Origin: Candidatus Woesearchaeota archaeon | GTDB taxonomy: Archaea; Nanobdellota; Nanobdellia; Woesearchaeales; SM23-78 | Length of the DNA stretch: 62,542 nucleotides | Direction: 5' to 3' | Assembly (NCBI GenBank): GCA_019322375.1 | Contig: JAHWIP010000035.1 | Location: 1-62,542 of the forward strand | Shown here: positions 27,740 to 35,113 of the stretch, piece by piece | How the letters are laid out: each line of letters opens with the position of its first letter | Position numbering within the stretch: position 1 is the first letter of the stretch | Program-made: the position numbers and the translations under genes | Notes under the pieces: generated by a model | Database searches by the model: none | Told to the model about the DNA's origin: nothing | What the model saw: the letters and a program-made list of their open reading frames with translations, nothing else

Positions 27740-28495
27740 TTATGTCCCTAATTCTAAGTAAAAAAAGTACTGGGTTCCTGTGCCTGAACGGTTCTCAGGG
27801 ATGATAGCCTGGAAATCATAGGTAGTAGTATTGTCAAACCCTACCCTGTTATTGTTTATAATTGAGGTATACACCATGTTTATGCCGTCATGCAGTGCTA
27901 CCTCTTGGAAAACTGCGCTAGGACTAGGAGTTTGAACAGTGTCATTTACCCATAAGGCTATAGCATAGCATGTGTTCTCTCCAAGATTATTTTCTCCTAC
28001 AACCAGGGCTGAGTGGTTTGTAGCATTAAAAGTACCATTAACATTATCAGTGGCTGTGCTAGACAAGCCAAAAAAGGTATTGTCTGCACTCATCTCTGTA
28101 AGAGTAGCACAGGTTATTGCTCCACTACTAAAATTAAGCGAATCATTCCTTGAAATATAAACCTCTCCATCAACAGAAGTACCTATAGGCCATTCATAAA
28201 TACTAAAATTATTTGAGCTTTTTAACACATAGGTTCCTGTAACATTCCCAACATATGCTTTCCAAGCATCATTCTGCTGCTCAAGGTCCAGAACCAAGGT
28301 TATAATCTCTCCACCATCATCAGTCCTGCTATCAGGGGTTGTATTAGGTCCTGTATCAACACTAGGGGCTCCTGAGACTGTTGCTCCTTGAGGAATAGCA
28401 TTGGCAAGATATAATGATAAGCCACAGAGCACTAAGGTTACTGCTAAGTATAATAATAAAATTCCAGATTTTTTTGCTTGTGACTTATTATTCAT
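27740..28495 (-). CDS. Family-A small secreted protein A3 (subtype 'AWKAYVGN.TG')
   Basis: Signal peptide ending 'LANA|IPQGA'. C-terminus 'YDFQAIIPEN...TQYFFYLELGT'. Confidence 0.8.
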   Translation of the reverse strand: MNNKSQAKKSGILLLYLAVTLVLCGLSLYLANAIPQGATVSGAPSVDTGPNTTPDSRTDDGGEIITLVLDLEQQNDAWKAYVGNVTGTYVLKSSNNFSIYEWPIGTSVDGEVYISRNDSLNFSSGAITCATLTEMSADNTFFGLSSTATDNVNGTFNATNHSALVVGENNLGENTCYAIALWVNDTVQTPSPSAVFQEVALHDGINMVYTSIINNNRVGFDNTTTYDFQAIIPENRSGTGTQYFFYLELGT

Positions 28496-28560
28496 TTTCC
28501 TTGCCTCTATCTATTTCACCCTATTTTACTTCTTCACTCTCATCTTTTTCCTTTACTGGT

Positions 28561-29289
28561 TTAGCTTAGCTCAATGAAAAAGTACAGTGTGGTTGTTCCT
28601 ACAGTTTCTGATTCCCCTACTAAGAGCTGGAAGTCATGGGTATTGGTGTCAAAACCTTGTTCAGTGTCATTTATCAGGGTTGTATAAACTGGGTATCCGT
28701 TTGAGTCTGTTAGCAGTATCTGGTAAAATGCGTCTGTAGATGGAGCACTGTTAACATAGGTGTTTGTGCTGTTACAACCACTAATGCCTGATACTGTTCC
28801 AACATTAAAAGATGGGTGGTTATTATTGCTATATGTTCCTGCAATATCATCTGGGTCAGTGCCTGCTGTAATCCCAAGGGACCCTTCAATAGCAGTTATT
28901 TCTGCAGCATTGGCGCATCCGATTCCACTCCAGTTTAGAGTACTGGCATTAGATGCAAACACCTCTCCTTCTGGTGGGCCTATACCTGACCAGTCATAGA
29001 ACACATTGCCACTGCTGTCTCCTAAGGTAAGGTTGCCTGATACCTCTCCGTAGAAACCAGCCCAATGGTTTGTTATGGCTTGTCCAGATATGTTCATCTC
29101 AGTTACATTACCTGCCTGGACTGCTGTGCTCTGGGAGGATGTGAAATTAGTAAGGTTAGCTCTGCTTGTGTCACCCACATCAATATTTGTTGCTCCCTGC
29201 ACTCCAAAGACAGAAGTTATCCCTGCATAGAGCAATCCCAAAACTATCATTGCCAAAACTGCTTTTTTTGCATATCTATTATATTTCAT
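28561..29289 (-). CDS. Family-A small secreted protein A4 (subtype 'W.G.YGE.SG')
   Basis: SD 'GAGGTGA' lies upstream. Signal peptide 'AVLAMIVLGLLYAGITSVFG'. Contains 'HWAGFYGEVSGNLTL'. C-terminus 'HDFQLLVGES...TTLYFFIELS'. Confidence 0.8.
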   Translation of the reverse strand: MKYNRYAKKAVLAMIVLGLLYAGITSVFGVQGATNIDVGDTSRANLTNFTSSQSTAVQAGNVTEMNISGQAITNHWAGFYGEVSGNLTLGDSSGNVFYDWSGIGPPEGEVFASNASTLNWSGIGCANAAEITAIEGSLGITAGTDPDDIAGTYSNNNHPSFNVGTVSGISGCNSTNTYVNSAPSTDAFYQILLTDSNGYPVYTTLINDTEQGFDTNTHDFQLLVGESETVGTTTLYFFIELS

Positions 29290-29303
29290 TTTACCTCTTC
29301 ACC

Positions 29304-29966
29304 TCACGTGGTTTTTTTATTTGAATTATCCTCCATTTTCTCCTCTTCTCGAGGAGTTATTAGATTTGAAGGATCATAAAGCACATAGAACTTAGAAGCT
29401 GGATTGTTAAGGAGTTTCTTGAACTCAGACTTTGTCTTTACATTAAAGAAAACTGTTTTTGAAACTCCTTCTGGGTTTTTTATTAAACTCTTCCTTAATT
29501 CTTTTTTTAATTCCAAAACATCTGAGATTACTAGTAGATTAATTTCATTAGATTTCCCAAGGTCAAGCAGAATTACATCGATTTTATTTATGTATTCCTC
29601 TATATACCAGAATGCTTTTTCAAGATAGTAGTGGAGTTTGGGATTGTCAAGAAACCAGATTTTAAGTATTACTTTATTGTACTCAGATAACTTGTGAAAC
29701 TTTTTTTCTACAAAGTCCTGGGTGCTTGCTATTAAGAAAGAATGATTTCCAGCCAGAGAGTAGAGCAGCCTGGGCTGCCCTTTGTCCCTGTTGGAAATCC
29801 TTTTGCTCTGAACAAGACCAGCCATCTCAAGAAGTCGTAGTTGCTGGCTTATGTTTGCAACAGAGGTGTTGGAAAGTTTTGCCAGCTGCAGCGGGGACTT
29901 GCTTCCTGAAGAGAGTATCTTCAGGATATCCCATTTAGAGGCCGTAAACAAAGTTTCTTGTTCCAT
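29304..29966 (-). CDS. ArsR-type winged-helix regulator with an unknown C-terminal domain; first gene of the A4-A3-B1 unit
   Basis: 'KWDILKILSSGSKSPLQLAKLSNTSVANISQQLRLLEMAGLVQSKR...PRLLYSL' is a classic ArsR/SmtB-like wHTH. Its stop is 14 nt before the A4 start. Confidence 0.7.
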   Translation of the reverse strand: MEQETLFTASKWDILKILSSGSKSPLQLAKLSNTSVANISQQLRLLEMAGLVQSKRISNRDKGQPRLLYSLAGNHSFLIASTQDFVEKKFHKLSEYNKVILKIWFLDNPKLHYYLEKAFWYIEEYINKIDVILLDLGKSNEINLLVISDVLELKKELRKSLIKNPEGVSKTVFFNVKTKSEFKKLLNNPASKFYVLYDPSNLITPREEEKMEDNSNKKTT

Positions 29967-30078
29967 TTTGTTTTTTTTATGCTTGCAACGGTGTTGATCA
30001 TAAACACAATTCCTACCGTTTTTAGACGACAGGAATTGTTTAAAGGCTTCCAGTAGCGAATCTCTATTTTTTGTTACC

Positions 30079-30098
30079 TTGGTATACTTTTTGGTATA
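30079..30098. promoter_or_regulatory. Direct repeat TTGGTATA-N4-TTGGTATA at the predicted transcription start of the ArsR-like operon
   Basis: Copies at 30079-30086 and 30091-30098, immediately downstream (minus strand) of the TATA at 30123-30130. Confidence 0.4.
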
Positions 30099-30122
30099 AC
30101 AAAATCTAAATAACCATACTTG

Positions 30123-30137
30123 TATTTAAATGTTTCG
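30123..30137 (-). promoter_or_regulatory. BRE/TATA promoter (CGAAACA-TTTAAATA) for the ArsR-like/A4/A3/B1 unit
   Basis: The minus strand reads CCGAAACATTTAAATA, ~155 nt upstream of the ATG at 29966. This implies a long 5' leader. Confidence 0.55.
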
Positions 30138-30336
30138 GTTTTTAGTTAACTACTGTACTTAATCAGATTATGAATTAAGAAAATAAAGAAAATACACTAA
30201 TTAATTAAAAACTGAATTAGAGGGCTACAGGGCTTAAAAAAGCAGAATTTAAAAAATGTGCTGACAGGGAAATAAAAAGATTCATTGCTCGCTCACTAAA
30301 CGCTCGCAAGGAAAAAACTAAAAAGAAAAAATTTGC

Positions 30337-31092
30337 TCAGCCCAGCTCTGCATAGAAATAATAAGTTGTTGATGTTTCTGTAGGGTCATCAGGAACTATG
30401 ATTTGGAAGTCATAATTAGCCAAATCAAAGCCCTGTTGATTGTTTTCTAAGATAGTTATAAACACCATGTTGGTTCCATCAAACATAAGGATTTCTTGAA
30501 AGCTTGCATCTTCGCCAGGGGCTTGGGATGTATCATTAACATAAGTAGCTATAGCATAGCAAGTGCTGTTATCAACTGTGCCTGTTCCTCCTATTACAAA
30601 TGATTTATGGGTTGACTCATTAAAGGTGTTGCTAATACTGTCATCACTGCTGGAATTGATGTTTAACAAGGTCTCCTCTGAAGAGATATCCCCGGCATCT
30701 GCACAAACCACAGAGCTAAAGTTAACAGAGTCATTCCTTGAAACATATACCTCTCCTTGAACTGTAGTCAGTGTCCAATCATATATTGTAAAGTTGTTGG
30801 AGTTATCAAGGGTCATTTTTCCTGATATGTTCCCGACATAAGCCTTCCATTTACTCGTCTGGGAAGTAACATTGAGCAACAAAGTTGTAAATGACCCTCC
30901 TGCAGCAGTATGAGAGTCTGCTGTTCTTACACTAGCAGTTTCTGTTTGATTGGATGTAATCGTTGCGCCTTGTGGTGCTGCCAAAACCAGGCTTTTATTT
31001 ACAAAGAATGCAAAAGTTAATATTAAAATGAGTAGGAAAATAATGCTTACCTTCTTGGTTACACTAATTACATTATTATTTTTTATATTCAT
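30337..31092 (-). CDS. Family-A small secreted protein A5 (subtype 'AWKAYVGN.TG')
   Basis: Signal peptide ending 'VLAA|PQGA'. Contains 'KWKAYVGNISG'. C-terminus 'YDFQIIVPDD...TTYYFYAELG'. The start overlaps the upstream regulator gene by 17 nt. Confidence 0.8.
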   Translation of the reverse strand: MNIKNNNVISVTKKVSIIFLLILILTFAFFVNKSLVLAAPQGATITSNQTETASVRTADSHTAAGGSFTTLLLNVTSQTSKWKAYVGNISGKMTLDNSNNFTIYDWTLTTVQGEVYVSRNDSVNFSSVVCADAGDISSEETLLNINSSSDDSISNTFNESTHKSFVIGGTGTVDNSTCYAIATYVNDTSQAPGEDASFQEILMFDGTNMVFITILENNQQGFDLANYDFQIIVPDDPTETSTTYYFYAELG

Positions 31093-31606
31093 CTTTTTTA
31101 TCTTTACCTAACTTTTTTTTGGCTCTTGAACAAACAGTCCAGATTGTTCTTGGGTCCTTGTTGAGTAAGCGTGCAATCTCAGAGTATTTCATGCCAAGAT
31201 TCCTTAGAAACTGTGCTAATGCTTCTAGTGTGCTGATTCTTCTGTCTTTAAAGATGCTAACAGGGATTTGTACTTCTGTTTCCTCAAATAAAAAGGCTTT
31301 TTTCTTTTCTATAGATTTGTAAGTAAGCCATGTTGCTCTAGGATCTCTATTTAGAAGTAATGCTATTTGCTTGTTGCTTTTGTTAAGGTTCTCTTTTAGG
31401 TATTTTACAATTGTTTGTAAAGGAGTTAGTTTGTTCTGAAAAATCGTGCTTGGCAGATATATCTCATCTTCGTATTTCAGGCTTAGGTAAGATACCGAGG
31501 GTATATCAATATCTTTATGCTCCTCAAGAATATAACTAGAAATCTTTTGACTAGATATATTGTACTTTAGTTTATCCCTGCTTATATAAAATTCCCTTTT
31601 TTCCAT
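31076..31606 (-). CDS. Tandem-HTH DNA-binding protein (two sigma70-region-4/LuxR-like repeats)
   Basis: Internal duplication: '..TPLQTIVKYLKENLNKSNKQIALLLNRDPRATWLTYKSIEKK' and '..STLEALAQFLRNLGMKYSEIARLLNKDPRTIWTVCSRAKKK'. TATA-to-ATG spacing suggests a leaderless transcript. Confidence 0.65.
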   Translation of the reverse strand: MEKREFYISRDKLKYNISSQKISSYILEEHKDIDIPSVSYLSLKYEDEIYLPSTIFQNKLTPLQTIVKYLKENLNKSNKQIALLLNRDPRATWLTYKSIEKKKAFLFEETEVQIPVSIFKDRRISTLEALAQFLRNLGMKYSEIARLLNKDPRTIWTVCSRAKKKLGKDKKDEYKK

Positions 31607-31614
31607 TGAATAAT

Positions 31615-31704
31615 CTTATTTTGTAAGTATTTATTTATAAATTTTATGATTTTTTCCTTATTTTGTATGTCATTTGTAAGTATTTTTATCTTATTTTGTA
31701 AGTA
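31615..31704. promoter_or_regulatory. Direct repeats CTTATTTTGTA(A/T)GTA in a divergent intergenic region (candidate operator array)
   Basis: Identical 15-mers at 31615-31629 and 31690-31704. A variant lies at 31657-31670, plus CATTTGTAAGTA at 31671-31682. Copy 1 sits between the TATA-like box and the ATG of the tandem-HTH gene. Confidence 0.5.
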
Positions 31705-31797
31705 ATAATTTAAGAATGTTTAAAAAGAAAAAAGATAAAATACAAAACAAAAGGTTTAAATAGAACAAACAAAAAAGAAGAAGATAAAGGAAGAGGG

Positions 31798-33591
31798 TTG
31801 GAAGTGGTCAGAACAAGAAACAATTTTACAAGAATCTTATTCCTATCTATACTGAGCCTGGTTATAGTTTTTAACTCTGTTTTAGCTCAACCAGACCACC
31901 TCATATCCAACTCAGCAGACTGGAGAGATGTTTACTCTACAGTGATATATGCAAACCTTTTGGGGGTGTCCTCCCACTTCTTAACCAGCACACCCCACGG
32001 CCCAATACTACTTTATGAAATACCCAAAACCAAGCAAAACATACAAATAATAACCTCTGCTGATAAACCTTTTGTTGTTGGATATGAATCTTTTATCAGG
32101 GGTCGGGGGTATGAAAACCCTGAAGAACTAATATTTGATGAAGCAAATCTTGAACTGGCCGAAAGATTGCCTAGTATTAATAAGTATATAGTAATTGATG
32201 ATTCTTATGGTTATAATGCAATCGCTGTTGCTCCTTTTGCTGTAAAAGCAAAATACTATGTGTTGCTTGCAGATGACAGGAACATAGGAGATGTTGATGA
32301 CTTCTTAAGCACAAAAAACGTGGATGATATGATAATATACGGGCATGTTGATAGGGAAGTAAGAAGCGCCCTTGTTAAATATAATCCTGAGATAATAAAC
32401 AGTGAGACAGGCAGCAGATTTGAAAATAATATGATGATAGTAGACAAGTTCTCTGAGATAGGAAGCATAAAACAGGTGATTCTAACAAACGGTGAGTTTA
32501 TAGAGGCAAGCATGATGAGCGGAAAAGAGCCTGTTTTGTTCATAGGAAGAAACAATGTGCCTGCTGAAATAGAAGAGTACATAAAAAATAGGGACATAGA
32601 AATAGGCGTTCTTATTGGCAACGAGCTGATAGGTACAGCAACTGCTATAAGAAGGCAGGTAGGGATTAGTGTGTTTGTTAAGTTTGCAAGAGGATCCAGA
32701 GTTCCAGGAGGCACAATTAATCCTGTCGAAGACCTGGATAGGTTTCCAATGCCAAGTTACCAGTTAAGCATGAGCATTCAATCAATAGATTATAACAAAG
32801 CCACTGGCAGTCTGGAAGTTACATATAATAATAATGTTGACCTTGCAACTTACTTCAAATCAACTATTACTATAAAAAATGCTGCAGGTGAAACCCTTGC
32901 GGTTGTGGGTGATGAAAATACTGTGTTTATTGACGGCGGCGAGACCAAAACCATTGTTTATGAAGTTGACTTATCTGAAGCAGAAAATACAGAAAACCTG
33001 ACTGGCGAAATATACACTATCTACGGAGAGTCAAAAACATCATTGGAAAACGCTCTGAGTGGAGATTTCAAAATAAATATAATCACAGTTTTAGATGATG
33101 CAGAGATTGAAATAACAGATTTGGTTTATGATAAAAGCAGAGGAAGATTCCTGGTTACCATTGAAAACATCGGCAAGGTTGATGTTTATGTTGATGTAGA
33201 ATTAGTAGATTTGTGGTTTGATGGAGAATACATCACTGTGAGTGCTGATGATATTGAAAAAATAGGTGTTGGCAAGAAAAAGACAATTCCAATAAAAATT
33301 AAACTAGAGGAAGAGGATTTGGAGGATAAAAGAAATGAGGAAATAACAGTGCGTGGTGTTTACGGAGAAAGAAAACATGCTCTTGTGAAAAGCAAGACCC
33401 GTACTTTTAAACTTAGGCTCAAGAAAGCAGTAACTTGGTGGTATATACCTATCATCATTGTTGTAGTTATAATAATCCTCCTCTTACTATTGCTCTTATT
33501 AAAAAGAAGGAAAAAGAAATGCCCCAGGTGCAGAACAAAGAATGATAAGAATGCTGCTCATTGTAAGAAGTGCGGGCATTCATTACGATAG
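31798..33591 (+). CDS. 597-aa surface protein: signal peptide, three alpha/beta repeats (cell-wall-binding-repeat-2-like), beta-sandwich domains, TM, cytoplasmic zinc ribbon
   Basis: Signal 'ILFLSILSLVIVFNSVLA'. Threefold repeat pattern ('DWRDVYSTVIYANLLG..', 'GYNAIAVAPFAVKAKYYVLL..', 'FIEASMMSGKEPVLFIG..'). TM 'WWYIPIIIVVVIIILLLLLLLL'. C-terminal 'CPRCRTKNDKNAAHCKKCGH'. The domain naming is tentative. Confidence 0.7.
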   Translation: MEVVRTRNNFTRILFLSILSLVIVFNSVLAQPDHLISNSADWRDVYSTVIYANLLGVSSHFLTSTPHGPILLYEIPKTKQNIQIITSADKPFVVGYESFIRGRGYENPEELIFDEANLELAERLPSINKYIVIDDSYGYNAIAVAPFAVKAKYYVLLADDRNIGDVDDFLSTKNVDDMIIYGHVDREVRSALVKYNPEIINSETGSRFENNMMIVDKFSEIGSIKQVILTNGEFIEASMMSGKEPVLFIGRNNVPAEIEEYIKNRDIEIGVLIGNELIGTATAIRRQVGISVFVKFARGSRVPGGTINPVEDLDRFPMPSYQLSMSIQSIDYNKATGSLEVTYNNNVDLATYFKSTITIKNAAGETLAVVGDENTVFIDGGETKTIVYEVDLSEAENTENLTGEIYTIYGESKTSLENALSGDFKINIITVLDDAEIEITDLVYDKSRGRFLVTIENIGKVDVYVDVELVDLWFDGEYITVSADDIEKIGVGKKKTIPIKIKLEEEDLEDKRNEEITVRGVYGERKHALVKSKTRTFKLRLKKAVTWWYIPIIIVVVIIILLLLLLLLKRRKKKCPRCRTKNDKNAAHCKKCGHSLR

Positions 33592-33621
33592 ATAGGATAA
33601 GGAAACAAAAAAGAAGAAATA

Positions 33622-33690
33622 AAAGCTCCCTATTGCTTTTGAGGAAAAAGGGGGAGGGTGGTTAATAAGAATTAACCAATAGGGAGCTTT
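33622..33690. other. Nested stem-loop: perfect 14-bp outer stem plus 8-bp inner stem (bidirectional terminator or small structured RNA)
   Basis: AAAGCTCCCTATTG (33622-33635) pairs with CAATAGGGAGCTTT (33677-33690). The inner stem is TGGTTAAT/ATTAACCA. The left arm carries a purine-rich bulge GAGGAAAAAGGGGGAGGG. It lies between convergent genes. Confidence 0.45.
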
Positions 33691-33719
33691 CCTCTTCTAA
33701 TCATGACAAATCATGAGTA

Positions 33720-34139
33720 TTATTTTTTTTTGAAGGCAAATGGTCTTGGTGGTTTTCTAAGTTCTTGCAACCACATTAAGCCTATTCTCATCATATTCTT
33801 GTTAAACTTCTCGCTTATCTTGTAGGTTTTCTTGTACAAGTCATAATCTATTAGGCCCATTGTTTTCATTGGAGTCAGGATTCTGTCATAAAACTGTCTT
33901 TTATTATATGAGATTTTGGTCTTTTTCTTTACACCCAGTCTTTCATCTGCCAGAGCTTCTACTTCTATGCCTTCATGCAGGGCTGTTGCAAACATTGACA
34001 TCTCTGTTTTACCTATCTCCCCTTCTTTGTTCTTCATCTCTTCTATGAGCATCTTTGCTACTATCACTTGCTGTTTTGTAGCAAAAATGATTTCATATAT
34101 ATTTTCAGGTAGGTTGTATTGGTCAAATAGGATTACCAT
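33720..34139 (-). CDS. Hypothetical 139-aa protein, possibly winged-helix
   Basis: BRE/TATA (ACGAAAGATTTATATA) ends 23 nt upstream of the ATG, consistent with a leaderless transcript. 'FYDRILTPMKTMGLIDYD..KKTYKIS' looks wHTH-like. Weak call. Confidence 0.5.
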   Translation of the reverse strand: MVILFDQYNLPENIYEIIFATKQQVIVAKMLIEEMKNKEGEIGKTEMSMFATALHEGIEVEALADERLGVKKKTKISYNKRQFYDRILTPMKTMGLIDYDLYKKTYKISEKFNKNMMRIGLMWLQELRKPPRPFAFKKK

Positions 34140-34162
34140 AATCCATACATATACATTACTAG

Positions 34163-34178
34163 TATATAAATCTTTCGT
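34163..34178 (-). promoter_or_regulatory. BRE/TATA promoter of 33720-34139
   Basis: The minus strand reads ACGAAAGATTTATATA, with 23 nt to the ATG at 34139. Confidence 0.55.
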
Positions 34179-34271
34179 TTCGTATACTTTTTTGTATATT
34201 AAAAAAGTGGATAAATAAGTAAAAAAATAAGTAAATTTAAATATTTTGAGTTCAAAATATAATAAAAGAGC

Positions 34272-34439
34272 ATGGAATTCAGAAGAAAACTCTATAGTCG
34301 GGGAAGCAGCTATGAGACAACAATACCCATGCCCTTATTATTCTCACTTGATAAAAACAAGAAACACGAAGTAGTCTTTGTGTTTGACCCAGATTCAGAT
34401 AAATGGTTCATAAAAATAGAACAAGAAAAAGAAAAATGA
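34272..34439 (+). CDS. Unannotated 55-aa AbrB/SpoVT-like small DNA-binding protein
   Basis: Not in the ORF track (under 60 aa). Translates to 'MEFRRKLYSRGSSYETTIPMPLLFSLDKNKKHEVVFVFDPDSDKWFIKIEQEKEK'. 'R.L..RG.SY..TIP' resembles the swapped-hairpin AbrB motif. Its stop overlaps the downstream ATG as ATGA. Confidence 0.5.
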   Translation: MEFRRKLYSRGSSYETTIPMPLLFSLDKNKKHEVVFVFDPDSDKWFIKIEQEKEK

Positions 34440-35113
34440 ATAAGAAAAACAGAAAAACAGAGGAAGTCTTAATTTTAGTAACAGTCCTCTTGCTCCTGAC
34501 TCTTAGCATGATAGTGTTTAACAAAGTTCTTCCAGTCTCTTTTGAATCAATAACAGGAAAGGTTGTGACAAGAGTTAATATTACTCAGCCTCCTGTTGTT
34601 AATTGTAGCTTCACTCTTTATAATGGGCTTAACTTGGTGTCATTCTTTTGCATACCCAACATGATATCACCAACAGATGTAGTTGGTTCGCTTTCAAATT
34701 TAGAAGGTGTTTTTGATTATCAAGAAGGCAATAGTGATGCATGGACCATCTATAATCCAAACTTACCAAGCTTTGTGGTTCAAGATTTGACAATCATGAG
34801 CAGAACAGAGGGTTATTGGATTAGAATGAGAGCAAACGAAAATTTCTTTTTAGACGGGAGAGTCAGACTTCCAAACAACATTCTTCTTGTTCCTGGCTGG
34901 AACCTAGCAGGTTATCCAACAAATCAGATTAAACTGGTTAATCAGTCATTCAGTTCAATTGATGGCAATTTTACAGAAGTACGAACTTATAACGCATCAA
35001 GTGGGAGCTTTATTAGCTATGTCCCTGGTGTTGGAGGAGCTCTTACTCAGACAGAGCCTTATTATGGTTATTGGATTAATGCTACAGTGAGCGAGGTGTG
35101 GGTTGTTGATTAG
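34436..35113 (+). CDS. Secreted/anchored ~225-aa protein with two 'G(W/L)NL..(Y/F).P ... GYWI' modules
   Basis: The ATG at 34436 (ATGA coupling with the small ORF) gives 'MNKKNRKTEEVLILVTVLLLLTLSMIVF'. Repeats include 'NGLNLVSFFCIP...EGYWIRM' and 'PGWNLAGYPTN...YYGYWINA'. Confidence 0.65.
   Translation: MNKKNRKTEEVLILVTVLLLLTLSMIVFNKVLPVSFESITGKVVTRVNITQPPVVNCSFTLYNGLNLVSFFCIPNMISPTDVVGSLSNLEGVFDYQEGNSDAWTIYNPNLPSFVVQDLTIMSRTEGYWIRMRANENFFLDGRVRLPNNILLVPGWNLAGYPTNQIKLVNQSFSSIDGNFTEVRTYNASSGSFISYVPGVGGALTQTEPYYGYWINATVSEVWVVD

Noticed and set aside
24993-31092. Family A/B proteins as type IV pilins or archaellins.
   Set aside because: The signal peptides are Sec-like: an n-region, then a hydrophobic core, then an A-x-A-like site. 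A class-III signal would instead have a short charged leader, a G/A cleavage site and a hydrophobic mature N-terminus. No PilB/ArlI-type ATPase, PilC/ArlJ or prepilin peptidase gene is nearby.
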